Of a stretch of DNA of 64,000 nucleotides, positions 11,755 to 25,488 are shown one piece after another (position 1 is the first letter of the stretch; each line of letters opens with the position of its first letter). The DNA lies in NCBI RefSeq assembly GCF_006345805.1, contig NC_042997.1:72230001-72294000 (forward strand), in the 5' to 3' direction. Under the pieces are notes generated by a model. It saw nothing but the letters and a program-made list of their open reading frames with translations. It did no database searches and was not told the DNA's origin. This DNA is from Octopus sinensis (lineage: Eukaryota). Position numbers and translations under genes: made by a program.

Positions 11755-13062
11755 AAATTTTAAAATAGGATAAAATCTTTATTATAATTTATCAAGTAGT
11801 CAGCGTGAAAAACCTCATAAGGGAACATTTTTTAATTATTCCCTATAAATATATTTATTTATATTAATGGCATTACTATACATAAACGCCTCACGCTATG
11901 AGGGACTCTTAAAGTCAAAACTACCATAACAATTACAGTGTACCGAACGCGAGGGAATGCAACTCTCGAAGCGAGCTCCTTAAAAACAGATTATAATTAA
12001 TAAACCTATTCTAAATTAATAGTAACCTCTGTAGGTGTGTGAAAATGTGTATGTGTACGTATGTATGTTTTTGTACATATAGGTATGATTGTGGGTGGAT
12101 GTACGGTTGTATGTTTTTATTACACATATGAGCACGCAGGTGCGTACTTGGATATGTATATGTGTATATGCGAATATTCATTCATGGGTGGATATAAATA
12201 TAGGTTTTATTTGTACGTATGAGTGCGCAGATATATATTTAAATATATATATACGTGTGTGCGATAGTTCCCTGACACAGTATAGGAAAGTGTATTAATA
12301 TTAATGCGTATATGCGGATGTACGTGTGAGTGTGTGTGTTAGTGTTAGACACTGCTGCCTGTACTGATATGTCTATAAGCCATGCGATGACAGACATGCA
12401 CTCTGCAATTTGTTGAATGTGTAGAGATGTGTCGGGGTGTATTCATGTGTGTGTACATGTGTGTGTGTGAGTTTCTGTGTGGATGTGTGGGTTTAGGGTT
12501 AGATGTGGATGTGTATGTTTTGCTTGGGCGGTGTGGTGGAGGTCGGGCGGCTCTCAATTGACCAACCGCGAGGAAGATAATGATAATTTTAAATTCAAAT
12601 CCAATAGTGTATTTATGTCATAAGGAAAATTATTAACTGGAACCCGGACATACATATATACCGCTCTGAATCCTAACGTAAGCGTTATTAATAATATTAT
12701 GAATGATAATAATGATAACATTAATGGTATTGACAACGATAATGATGCTAACTTTAACGACACTTTAGAAATTATTATGAAGTAATATAATGTACTATTG
12801 ATTATGTATATTTGCATCTAGGTACTAATTTGTGTATGTTTGTTATCACAATATTAAGTCGAAAAACTGAGACACTGAGTGTGGAACACATATATATGTT
12901 TACTAATTTATATTATTTATTTATATCATTATGTAAATGTATATATATTTTTATATGTATAAGAGTGTGAGTATATGCACTCATATGTATATGTATATAT
13001 TGTATTGAGGGTATGCACCCACACCCATGTGGGTACATATGTAGACTGAGTTATATTACATA

Positions 13063-13189
13063 ATCTCCGAAGAGGCCTTATGATATTTTTGTAAATGTCT
13101 CATTTATATCTATATATTGACCAACCATAAAGGGCTAATATTGGTATTATGAGACATACTTATCTACATGGCCGAAATATCTGTAAGAT
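13063..13189 (+). ncRNA. Hammerhead-like motif with a long stem II insertion
   Basis: ATCT-CCGAAGA-GGCC-(about 90 nt)-GGCC-GAAA-TATCTG-TA-AGAT. Stem I ATCT/AGAT, GUA triplet. Confidence 0.5.
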
Positions 13190-13487
13190 ATAACCTATAC
13201 TTATGATTGATTGATTTTAGTTTCAGCTCATTGAGCTGTGGCCATGCTGGGGCACCGCCATTTAAAATAATAATCTGGCCAGTATTTATATTTACTTATA
13301 TTTATATTCTCTTTTATATATATTCTACTTACTCTTTTATGTACACTTTTTTATGTACATTCCTTTATGTACACTGATTTGTTCTGCTTTTTATATTTAA
13401 CCCTACAGTCTCTTATGTGATGGTATGTGATTGAGTATTATCTGGTAATTGATATTTGATTAGATGTATTTCTCCATTTTCTTATCT

Positions 13488-13568
<81 letters not shown>

Positions 13569-13669
13569 CCTACCTCACGGCAAGAGTCGCAAATATATAT
13601 ACATATATGTATATATATATATAGCCTTGTAAGTGGATATGGTTAACGGAAACTGAAAATTCCGTCGTT

Positions 13670-13761
<92 letters not shown>

Positions 13762-13860
13762 ATCCGTATAATGAAGGGTGAAATTAATTAATTTGGAATA
13801 ATTATCAATTACACCAAGTAGTCTTCGGCATGTAAAAGCCTCATTCGAGGAAAATTTAAG

Positions 13861-14055
13861 TAATACTAAGCAATAAAGGGTTTAGCAACGAATTGCCTCA
13901 CCACATACCGAATTAGAAATAGCAGTCAAAGAGTTATAGCTATTTCTTCTAGCTATTTCTTAGTAGAAGAAATAGCTATAACTCTTTGACTGCTATTTCT
14001 AAATTCGGTATGTGGTGAGGCAATTCGTTGCTAAACCCTTTATTGCTTAGTATTA
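13861..14055. repeat. Fold-back palindrome (91/92-bp arms, 12-nt spacer) in a pLTR-like fragment
   Basis: 13861-13951 is the reverse complement of 13964-14055 apart from minor differences. Flanked by (TA)n. Confidence 0.95.
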
Positions 14056-14372
14056 TATATATATATATATATATATATAGATGAGTGTATTTTACCTTGT
14101 TAACAATTAACACGGATAAATGAATGAATAGTTACCAGGGCAGCAAAAATCTCACAAGTAAAGATGTTGTAATAGCGTTCTGTCTATCGCTATACGAATC
14201 CATCATTTTTTGCTAAAATGTCGTATTGACAAATTTCGTTTTTTCACTTTCCCGAAGAGAAGATTGCATTGTTTATACCTTTTATTCTTTTGAATAAGTA
14301 TCAGTGGAATTTTGAAACATATGTAGAAAGTAAAAAATACTTGTTTAAACCTGCGTTAACTCCATTTTTATT

Positions 14373-14458
<86 letters not shown>

Positions 14459-14460
<2 letters not shown>

Positions 14461-15070
14461 CGCAGGAGTGGCTGTGTGGTAAGTAGCTTGCTAACCAACC
14501 ACATAGTTCCGGGTTCAGTCCCACAGCGTGGCATCTTGGGCAAGTGTCTTCTGCTATAGCCCCGGGCCGACCAATGTCTTGTGAGTGGATTTGGTAGACG
14601 AAAACTGAAAGAAGCCTGTCGTATATATATATGTATGTGTGTGTGTGTTTGTGTGTCTGTGTGTCCCCCTAGCATTGCTTGACAACCGATGCTGGTGTGT
14701 TTACGTCCCCGTCACTTAGCGGTTCGGCAAAAGAGGCCGATAGAATAAGTACTGGGATTACAAAGAATAAGTCCCGGGGTCGATTTGCTCGACTAAAGAC
14801 GGTGCTCCAGCATGGCCGCAGTCGAATGACTGAAACAAGTAAAAGAGTATATGTGTGTGTATGTGTGTATGCTTCTGTGTCTGTGTTTGTTCTCCTACCA
14901 TCCCTGACAACCGATGTTTGTATGTTTATGTCCCCGTAACGTAGCGGTTCTGCAAAAGAGACCCATAGAATAAGTACTGGGTTTACAAAAAATAAGTCCT
15001 GGGTTCGATTTGTTCGAATAAAGGTAGTACTCAGCATGGCCGCAGTCAAATGACAGAAACAAATAAAAGA
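14459..15070 (+). mobile_element. SINE family A with a tandem duplicated 3' half
   Basis: Full copy at 14459-14848, then a second tail at about 14870-15070. Confidence 0.88.
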
Positions 15071-15191
<121 letters not shown>

Positions 15192-16208
15192 CAAGAAAAG
15201 TGTATTAGTTTGACGTTTTGAGCCTTTGCACTTCTACAGAAAAGAATGAAGAAGGAAAAGAGATGAAGAGAGGAAAGACAGTGAGCCAAAGAAAAGACGT
15301 TTCTGGATTAACGGTTACACATGTTGAATATGTATATAGAACACACACACACATACAGCCATCCATCCATACAAACATACATGCATACATACATACATAC
15401 ATACATACATACATACATACATACATACATACGTACATACATACATACATACATACATACATACATACTATATGCATATGTATGTATTTGTATATTTATA
15501 TACGTATATGTTTATGCATGTATATGCACATTTATGTGTGCGTATGTAAATATACATACATACATACATTCATACATACATATGTATTGTGTAAACATTA
15601 TACATGTAGGTAGGTAGGTTTCCATTTATGTAAATCAACTCAACATGGCACTAAGTCAACTGACCTCTGAATTTTATAACTCTGTCATTTAATCTCTTCG
15701 CTATTAAATCATTAAATTTGGTCCAATTTGTGGAGATGGCTGTCAAATTATTTAGTTTTCTTTCAGTGTTTTTAACATTCTTTCATTGTTGATTTCAATC
15801 ATGATCTAAGATCTTGATAGTTTACCCTAAAGTTTAGCATATGTAGGTCAGTGACTTCTACATACGCTTTAGCACGTCTTCTTGCTTACTTCTCTACTTT
15901 TTCCGTCGTGTTACATACTTTCCTTTTCCTTCTGTTCCCCCAACACTCTCTGTTGGCGATGAAAATGTGCTTGAATATCTAAATGGATCGTTGAGTCACC
16001 AACGAAGGGTCGTCTTGCTGAAATATGTCAAAGGCAGTCGTTAGAACATCAGAAAGAATGCTTTAAATAATTATTCATTCCTCTCTCTCTGTTCCCTTAG
16101 TTAGATTCCGGTAAGGTCAACTTCAACATTCACTCTTTCGGAGGTTTAAGAAGTACTAATGTCAATTCTTTTGTTTCTGTCTGTCTATTAGTTTGTTTGT
16201 CCCAACTA

Positions 16209-16262
<54 letters not shown>

Positions 16263-16452
16263 TAAATTAATAATAGAAGGGTAAAATTTATTAATCAGAT
16301 TAATTAATTAATTAATCAATCAATTAACAATTTTACCAAGTAATTTTACCCAGCATGGCCGCGGCCTTCGGGCTAGAACATTTTTATGGATTTAAGGATT
16401 TAAGGAAGTAGATCAGTACGTTAAAATAACCTTTATAGGTAAAATTATCCAC

Positions 16453-16806
16453 ATAATTATAATTAGGGTTCAGCTAACTGCTTCCCCACAGACCGAAATT
16501 AGAAATAGGAGTTTAAAATTCCTTTTCTGCTACTATAAGAATCTCCATGACGGTAAACATACTTTTTACGAAGGCAAAGAGAAAAACAATGAATCAACAC
16601 GACCAGTATTAATTATATACTTTAATCTCGAAACGCGTATATAATTAATCCTGGTCGTGTTGATTCATTGTTTTTCTCTTTGCCTTCGTAAAAAGAGTAT
16701 GTTTACCGTCATCGGGATTCTTATAGTAGCAGAAAAGGAATTTTTAACTCCTATTTCAAATTTCGGTATGTGGTGAAGCAGTTAGCTGAACCCTAATTAT
16801 AATTAT
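16453..16806. repeat. Fold-back palindrome (arms 16453-16620 and 16637-16806, 16-nt spacer), pLTR-like
   Basis: Arms are reverse complements with scattered mismatches. The spacer and right-arm junction reads CTCGAAACGCGTA. Confidence 0.93.
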
Positions 16807-17694
16807 ATATATACATATATTGTTAAATGTATATACTAATGTACATGCTTTGTCTATTTTCCTGTGGTTGCAATGGCGTGGAGAAGTATATAACTCTCAT
16901 GTCGCCGGTGTTAAAACACTTCAGAGCCGTGGACAGGCGAGATAACTCACCCTCAATCCCATTTGGGAATAACAGACATCGATGTTTCGCCATTTTTGTG
17001 GCTTATCCATCCCTTCTTCGTTAATCTCAGTCTACTTTTCCACCTCACTGTCTTGCTACATCTGGAGACTGGGGGACAATCGAATCGACTTCTAGAATGC
17101 CATTTGGAACAGACCTCCTTATTCAATTGAAAATTGTAATTTCCAACTCTGCCTCTATAAGAAAATGCACAGACACCACCAGACCGCAATATTTATCAAC
17201 AGGAAATGATCTTTCTTATTACTACCGCTTCGTTAATGGCACAAAAATACTGGCTGAGAATACAATTCCTGCTGTCATTAAAGGGTACAGCCTTCGCATA
17301 TTGTAATCAATTGCTCCCTTCGTGATAACTTCTGCGACTAAAATGTCAAAAATATCTAACCTAGCAGAATTACTACTAATTGATAACGTCTTGTATAACT
17401 CACCACATGTAGTATCCAATGTAAGGAACTGATGCCGCTGGACATATAGTCCTGTAGAATGCCAACAAAGTGACACCAACATCCTGTCTATTCCACCACT
17501 TAGACTTAACAATAAAATAACTGACGGTGATATGAGAGTAAAATATCCGCATGACCTGAACTGACCAATGGATGCCTAAATACCGAGAAGTCATTTTGTT
17601 AATTTCTTTTATATTCTTTCTAATCCTTCTACGAAGATTTAATGAAGTGAACATGTTCGACGCCCACAAAAAAAACATATATATGAATTAAGAT

Positions 17695-18090
17695 AGGCGC
17701 AGCAGTGGCTGTGTGATAAGTAGCTTGCTTACTAACCACATGGTTCCGAGTTCAGTCCCACTGCGTGGCACCTTCTACTATGGCCTCGGGCTGGCCAAAG
17801 CCTTGAGAGTAGATTTGGTAGACGGAAACTGAAAGAAACCCGTCGTATATATGTATATGTATGTATATGTGTGTGTGTGTTTGTGTATCTATATTCCCCC
17901 CCCCTCCCCATCATTGCTTGACAACCAATGCTGGTGTGTTTACGTCCACGTAACTTAGCGGTTCGGCAAAAGTGGCCGATAAAATAAGTACTAGGCTTAC
18001 AAAGAATAATTCTTGGGGTCAATTTGCTCGACTAAATGCGGTGCTCCAGCATGGCCGCAGTTAAATGACTGAACAAGTAAAATAGTCAAA
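17695..18090 (+). mobile_element. SINE family A
   Basis: Same head, core and tail as the other copies. Confidence 0.88.
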
Positions 18091-18299
18091 GAGTAAGATA
18101 CACATTTGTTGAGTATGACATTCTCACAAGCTGGCAACTGAAGTTATATACCTATCACTAAAGAATTCAATATATATATACGCTAACCTCGAAAGGTATA
18201 TTTTATTTCGCTAAAACTACTCCTAAACTAGTTAGAAAATAGTTATGAATTTGACCAATTATGAATACTTACTGATTCTAGAGGAAGGGTCAGGGCCCC

Positions 18300-19396
18300 T
18301 GGCCTTGGTAGACGATTCCTAGACTGGTGACACTGATATCAATAATGATCTTATTGAATCTTCGTAAGACAACACGTGCAGGAAAATCATGTGCAAGGAG
18401 GGGTATTCCAAACAGCCGGTATACTGTGAAAAAGGTTTGGATGCAGAGTCAAGTGCGGATGTTGGTGGAGGAGAGAGAAGTTGGGTAGAAGTACTTGAGT
18501 AGAAGTGGAATGAGCTCAGCCAGATCCGAGGAGCTATGAGTATTTCAGAAGCAGTAGGAAATGCAGAGTGAAGAGGTATGTGTGTAACCGTAGGTTGAGA
18601 GATGCTTGTGAGTGACTTTGTGTATGCAATTTAGAATGACTGTGTGTGCAGCATCAACACTATTCCAGATGTAAGAACAATACGTCATTTTGGGCTTCAT
18701 CTGAGTTTTATAGAGTATCAGTAATTGTTGGTAAGGATGAAGTATCTTCTGGCTCTGAAGAGAAGTGCTGGTCGCTGGATGCGGTTAAAAGTGTGCTTTC
18801 ATCAGGAAATATTCTCATAAATAGTGAGCCCTGACAATTGTTTTTAAGTGGGTGTGGTGGAACGGTGTTGTCTTCATATGAAGAAAAGCCATTTGTGCTC
18901 TATTGCAGTTGAAAGAAATAAGATTGGCATATTCCTATGAGAAGATGTTTTCATGGTCTCTATTCATAGAATTTAGTGTGGTGTCAAGATAGAGAGTGGC
19001 TAATGCATTATAGAAAGGAATATAGAATAGTTTCACTTGCGTAAGAGTGCCTTGTTGAACGTAGCTGCAAATAAGTTGTTGATGTGTTGCATGAAAAGTG
19101 GGGCCAAAACGAATCTTGAGGCACGCTAGAGCTGATAGACTGGTGGAACAGAAAAAGCTCTATCGACTCACATGGGATGCGATCTGACATGAAGTTACCG
19201 ATCCAAAATGATAAGAAACGAGTGGAGCTCGTAGGTGGGCAGTTTTGATAGCTTTACTTGGCAGACACAGTCGCAAGCTTTTTGATAATATTGCTTTCAC
19301 CAAATTTGTCCAAGGCCAGAGCCCACTCGCGTGTGACAGAGGAGAATAGAGCACCAGTAGATTTGGCTTTAACAAAACCGAACACTTGGTCACTAC

Positions 19397-19400
<4 letters not shown>
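18300..19400 (-). mobile_element. Decayed CR1/Zenon-like LINE, RT and 3' end
   Basis: Minus-strand remnants: FMSDR, SSVPQDS (GVPQGS-like), HSYA, LYKTQMKPKMTYCSYIW, SSDLAELIP, RLFGIPL..FP. Confidence 0.75.
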
Positions 19401-19450
<50 letters not shown>

Positions 19451-19748
19451 TGCAAGGTGGACGTCGTTGTGAGAGGTTGTCTTCATTACCATAGAGATAT
19501 TACGAAGTGAGTGCGAAAACGTGATAATTGGATGGGTCAGAGAGGTTGTTTGCCTTTTGAATGAAGTTCGGTGTAGAGTGTTTCTAAAAGATCAGACTAG
19601 ATCTGTGTGGGGAGAGAAACACAGAAGTTTTTGGTAAATGTAAAGGCTAGTTTTCGGGCGCAATGTTTACCAGTAGTGAAAGGGACACCGCTAGGATTAG
19701 CTACCTAGTTGGTTTGAGGTAATAGAAGTACTACTGCATTTTCTGTAC

Positions 19749-19817
<69 letters not shown>

Positions 19818-21014
19818 CGTGCGTGTGTGAACAATGTGGTGTATTTGAAAATGTGGAAAGAAACAGAATTAGAGTAGACTTGCAGTCACAGAACGATTGT
19901 GTTGTATAGTGGAAGAAAAAATGAGTTCTGCAAAATTACTGAAATTCTTTAAGTAAGAAACCAAAAGGGTCGATCACAGAAGTTAAAAGAGGAAGGATAG
20001 GAAAACAGAAACGTTTGAATACACATTGGTGATGAGTTTAATACTATGCATTAAGATTGTCAAGATTTTTGTTGTTTATTATTTCTTAAAACCAGCAAAA
20101 ACCAGCTTAATAACCCCTTGTCCTAAATGACCTGACTAAGTTATATAAAACGCACTCCTGTTCCTCCTTCTCCTCTCCGAAATGTGCAGGATTACATTTC
20201 GTGTCTGATATGTCAAATGAAACCTGATGACATAGCATCAATTTCTCAAGAGGTGAACTTTAATCCGCTATGATAGTGTGATGTCGTATAAGTAAACTGA
20301 AATAATATCAATAGATATTGTACTGAGGGAACAAACTCTAGTGTTTGATCTCGGCTTGAGACTGGATAGTTTCTGAAAGGTGTGTGATAGGTTACACAAA
20401 GATTTTGTCTTTTAGCGTGAAGTTTACTTCGAGAGCAACGACCCAATTAATGCATCAGGTTACGTGATGACACAACAATTTGCAAGACACAAATAAATAT
20501 ATGAGTGGGTGCATCTGTGAGAGAGGAACAGAGAGAGGTCGTATGTGTGGGGAGAAATGGGGAGAGAGATTGGATGAAACATTGAACATCATAAGTCTAC
20601 AGATTTGTTATTATCTATCTCAAAGCTGGCCTTGAACAATAAATTTATGACTAAAAGCATTCTAGTAGATCGAGCCACCACACACAGACTCCTGCTTGTT
20701 AAGAATACCTCAGTTTCCCAACTGTCAGAAATAGTTACTGGATGTTCGGTAAAACAATTAGCATGGATGACCAACCATCCATAGACCAATTTGATCACGA
20801 AATGTCAAACAACTCACATTATTAATGGCATTCGAGCATGGTATACATAAGTATTTACCCTTTATAAATATATATATATATGTTCATGCGTGTATGCGTG
20901 TACGTGTGTTTCTCTTCATGTACATCAAAACATACATACATACGCACGCACACACACACACACTCACTCATATATATATATATGTTTGTGTAATACATAT
21001 ATACATATATATGA

Positions 21015-21057
21015 GTGTGCGTGCGTGCGTGCGTGCGTGTGCGTGCGTGCGTGCGTG

Positions 21058-21105
<48 letters not shown>
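21015..21105. repeat. (TGCG)n microsatellite
   Basis: Direct reading. Confidence 0.95.
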
Positions 21106-22056
21106 TATTTATGTGTTTGTGGCCTTGTGGACTAGCGTTTTTCCGCATAATGCAGTACAGGGGAAATCAGAATCAGAGATGCTTTACCTCACGCAGAAAC
21201 TGCAGTAACTATTCAGATGTATTACAAACACTTTTATCGGAATTCATCACATCAGAAGATCTTCCGTATCTTCAGAATCTTCCATATCTCAGGGTCTCAA
21301 GCGTTTAGTCCCTTAATTTGTTCGCTTCGTGTGGGTGGGGCAGCTAGGAATATATTTGTCTTTGCCAGCGGAAGGGTTACACTTGCAGTCTCTTGTCAAC
21401 CACAACCAGCTTGAGCTGCTTTCAGTTGCCGGCCTCCTTCGTGCCTTTGCTCAGCTTTCTGAGTTTCAGACCAATCTTTTGCAAGAATGCATTTCTCAAA
21501 TGCATTTCTGTGCAAAACATTAATTATAGACACAAAATGGTTGAACCCAGGTTTTATAATTATATAAATGTACAATTCAAGTTTTATATATTTAAACAAG
21601 CCGATACTTTACACGATTTGAGTATCAATTTGTTTCCCACGCATATACATTTGTGTGTGTTTGAGTATGTGTGTGTGTATGTGTGTGTGTGTGTATGTGT
21701 GTGTGTGTGTGTTTGTGTGCGCGCGTGTGTGAAAGAGAGAGACAGACAGAGAAAGAGTGTGTGTGTGTGTATGCATGTGTGTGAGTGTTAATTTGGAGAG
21801 CATAGACTTTACATGCATGTGCAACAGCTAGTCTTCCCCTTAACATTTTATCCACCCTCTACTTACATGCGCAGATGCATAGTCAACAATGATTAAAGGG
21901 GTGGGGTCGTACATCTAATATAAGTAAATACTTTTAGTAAATACGTTTAGATCGAGAACAAATAGTGAATACATCATAGAACCTCAAAAATGCAATTTCG
22001 TCAGAATCATTGTACAGCGTCAAACAAATTGCCTTCCTATATTTCTTCCAACTCGA

Positions 22057-22272
22057 TGGCAGCGAGCTGGCTGAATCGTTAGCAGGTCAGACAAAATGCT
22101 TGGCAGCATCTCGTCCGTCTTTACGTTCTGTGTTCACATTCCACAGAGGTTGACTTTACCTTTCATGCTTATGGGATTGATAAAAAGTACCAGTTGAGCA
22201 CTGAGATTGATGTAATCAATTTGACTCTCCCACCAAAACCTGCTGGCCTTGTGCCAAAATTTGAGACCAATA
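22057..22272 (+). mobile_element. tRNA-derived SINE, family B (CORE/MIR-like)
   Basis: ggcagcgagctggc..gaatcgttagca head, gactttgcctttcatcc-type core and ggccttgtgccaaaatttga tail. Multiple copies. Confidence 0.8.
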
Positions 22273-22467
22273 TTTCTTCAAATTCTTTGTGTGCTGAGTG
22301 CGATTCCTGCTGAGGTCACCTTAGTTTTTCTTCCTTTCGGGATCAATAGAATAATGCACTGATCTAGTACTGAAGGGATTTATGGAAGGGATTCATATAC
22401 TAATCCGTTCCCTAAATGTTTGGTCTTGTGCATCTGTTAGAAACAATTACTATTATTACGAGTTGGG

Positions 22468-22665
22468 GAAGGCGGCAGGCTGGCAGAATCGTTAGCACGC
22501 CGGGCAAAATACTTAACGGCATTTCGTTTGAATTCCACTGAAGTTGACTTTGCCTTTCATCCTTCAGGGTCGATAAAATAAGCACCAGTAGAGCAATGGG
22601 GTTGATGTTATCGAGTTACTCCTCCCCCGAAATTACAGTCCTTGTCTCATAACTTGAAACCATTA
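22468..22665 (+). mobile_element. SINE family B
   Basis: Homologous to the copy at 22057. Confidence 0.8.
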
Positions 22666-23412
22666 TTACAAGTTGGCTTATTGCCATTAATTAGTAAAAT
22701 AAATTCATTAGCAAGAAGTGCTTAACCAATTTCCCTATATTATATTCTCAACGTAAAATCTACTATGTAGGTCTTCTTACTATATAGCATTCTATATGCT
22801 TCATTTTTCCTTTTGTCACTACATCATAAATATGGTTTCAAGCAGTGGATAGAAGGAAAAAACAGAGCCAAAGCAGCGTGAAAGCCAATATATGTTGGCA
22901 AGCTATCCACACATTAGTAAGGAATTTGGATATATATTTGTGCGATGATTGTATGCTTAAAAATATCCAGAGGGCTTACAGGTTTCCAAGATTTGGGTTA
23001 TTTGAAAGGAATTTTTTAAAAATAAAGACAAAGTTACTAATTTAGCGACTCAGAAGTTTAGGACATCCCTTTCATTTTTGTCTTTCAGTTTAAAATCATT
23101 TTGTTTGCTAGCTGACTAATTCTGAAATCATGACACAGCACAAAAACTTCCTTCTATAGGTTTCTGTCATTTTGTTTTCTTTTATAAAGATATTTGTATA
23201 TCTCGATATTATAAATCTGAAATGCTACAAAAGTTTGTTTGTTTGTCTGGTTTTGGCATTGGAACAGATTAAGTGGCAATAAATGCCGTCAGATTCGCTC
23301 CAAAATTCACAGGGACATGTAAAAGAGTGTGAGTGGGCTAGGTTAGAAATCCCTATCTAAAAAGCTGTGGTTACTAGGGCAAAAAAACCCCACACTTTGA
23401 CAAGTGTATGTC

Positions 23413-23585
23413 GTTTCTCTCTTTCTCATATCTGCCTGTCTTCCTCCGTCTCTCTCTCTCTATCTCTCTCTCTCTCTTTCCTCCCTTACCACCACTTTCT
23501 CTCTATAACGACGTTTGACAGCTTCCACTATCTTTCCCCCGCTGCCTTCGTCAGCTCTGTCACTCTTTCTTCCACATCCTCTCTT

Positions 23586-23633
<48 letters not shown>

Positions 23634-23725
23634 TCCCTTACCACCACTTTCTCTATATAACGACGTTTGACAGCTTCCACTATCTTTCCCCCGCTGCCTT
23701 CGTCAGCTCTGTCACTCTTCCTTCC

Positions 23726-23762
<37 letters not shown>

Positions 23763-23932
23763 GTCTGTCTTCACTTTCTCTCTTTAACTTTCTCTCTTCG
23801 CATATCTGCCTGTCTTCCCCCGTCTCTCTCTCTCTCTTTCCCCCTTCCCTTCACTTTCTCTCTATAATGACGTTTGACAGCTTCCATTATCTTTCCCCCG
23901 CTACCTTCGCCAGCTCTGTCACTCTTTCTTCC

Positions 23933-24012
<80 letters not shown>

Positions 24013-24120
24013 CGTCTGTCTGCACTTTCTCTCTATAACTTTTTCTCCATAACGACGTTTGATACCTTCACCGTCTCTCGTCACTCTTTCTTCCACCACC
24101 TCTCTCACTCTACTTCTGTC
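23413..24120. repeat. Compound CT-rich minisatellite (about 150-bp units linked by (CT)n)
   Basis: The unit cactttctctctataacgacgtttgacagcttccactatctttccccc...ttccacatcc recurs at about 23478, 23630 and 23850, with a degenerate copy near 24030. Confidence 0.88.
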
Positions 24121-24275
24121 TCTATCTATAGAGAGAAAGCGTGACAGTACCAACAGTTTAAATATTCCCGTCCTTTAGAACGGTGAATTATTATCGCCAA
24201 CCACCATCGCACAATCATAACAGATATTTTTAATCAGATATATTGTGTTAATTTATATATATATGTGTGTGTGTG

Positions 24276-24307
<32 letters not shown>

Positions 24308-24371
24308 AGTATATAAATATATATATAATGTACATACATATATATATACGTGTATATATATCTATATATAT

Positions 24372-24464
<93 letters not shown>

Positions 24465-24559
24465 ACATATATTTGTATACATGTATGTAGATATATACAT
24501 ATGTGTAGACATGTATATATAACGCGTATATATGTACATATTTAATGCGTATGTATATA

Positions 24560-25315
24560 TATATATATATATAATGTGTGCATATGTGATCGGATTCAGC
24601 TGAAAATATGCACACCTATGTTAAAAGTGCTAGCGAGTTTGCATAGCAACTTTGAATTTGCTCAATTGAAAGGCATCGCCTCTAGGGCAAAATTCCTCAT
24701 CTTTTAAAATGTGGCCCGCGTAGACCCGAATGAAATCGGGTTATAATGCCGAAACAAGTAAAACAATAATAAACTATTTTAATCTCGAGCAAGGTCCGGT
24801 ATATCTGTCTAATCTATAAAATGAAGAAGGTGAATGTTGATGCAATTTGGATTTTTATGTCAAAAGAGGTGTAAATGGGGCAGGAAGAGGATTCAAATTT
24901 ACAGGAGGGGGATAACTTGAGGTGGGAAATTGATTGGGAGAGGTTTTGGTACGCTACAGTGGTGGCTTTGCTGTGAAAACTGGGATTTTATTGATTTTGG
25001 GGGACACTTGGGGGTCTAGATCGGACACCTTTTGCCCGATTTCAATCAAATTTTCAACATGGTAAAGTGGAAGCGGATTTGTAAATTTAAGCGGAAATCT
25101 AATTTTTTATAAATGGCAGAGAGATAGATAGAGAAAGATAAAGAGTAAGAGAAAGCGAGGGAGAGTCCGAGAGAAAGGAAGAGTAAGAGAGTGGGAAAGT
25201 GAGAAAGGAGAGAGAAACAAAGAGGGAGAATGTGGCGATAAGAATCAGAAAGGAAGCAACAGAAAGTAACAACCACAACCTCACTCGCGCGTAGAGCGGG
25301 TCCCCTTAAGCTAGT
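24560..25315 (+). mobile_element. Possible Helitron/HINE-like non-autonomous element
   Basis: 3' end with hairpin-like CTCGCGCGTAGAGCGGG followed by CTAGT; internal ccgatttcaatcaaatttt motif. 5' end uncertain. Confidence 0.35.
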
Positions 25316-25431
25316 ATTTAATAATTTTGATAAATTTAGGCCGGTAACTGGTGGTTATTATAGTAGTTTTGACTTCAAGAGTCCCTCCTAGCGTGAGGCA
25401 TTTATGTATAGTAATGACCTTAATATAGATA

Positions 25432-25488
<57 letters not shown>

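Noticed and set aside
14459-14535. tRNA-like A/B boxes in SINE heads (also other copies)
   Set aside because: No complete cloverleaf, and each continues into SINE body, so these are not tRNA genes.
15985-16035. CCAACGA..GAAA-TATG-TC hammerhead-like string
   Set aside because: Two core changes, poor stem II and no stem I pairing.
23413-24120. Repeat-spacer appearance suggesting CRISPR
   Set aside because: Eukaryotic context, units of about 150 bp, linkers are (CT)n, and there are no cas genes.
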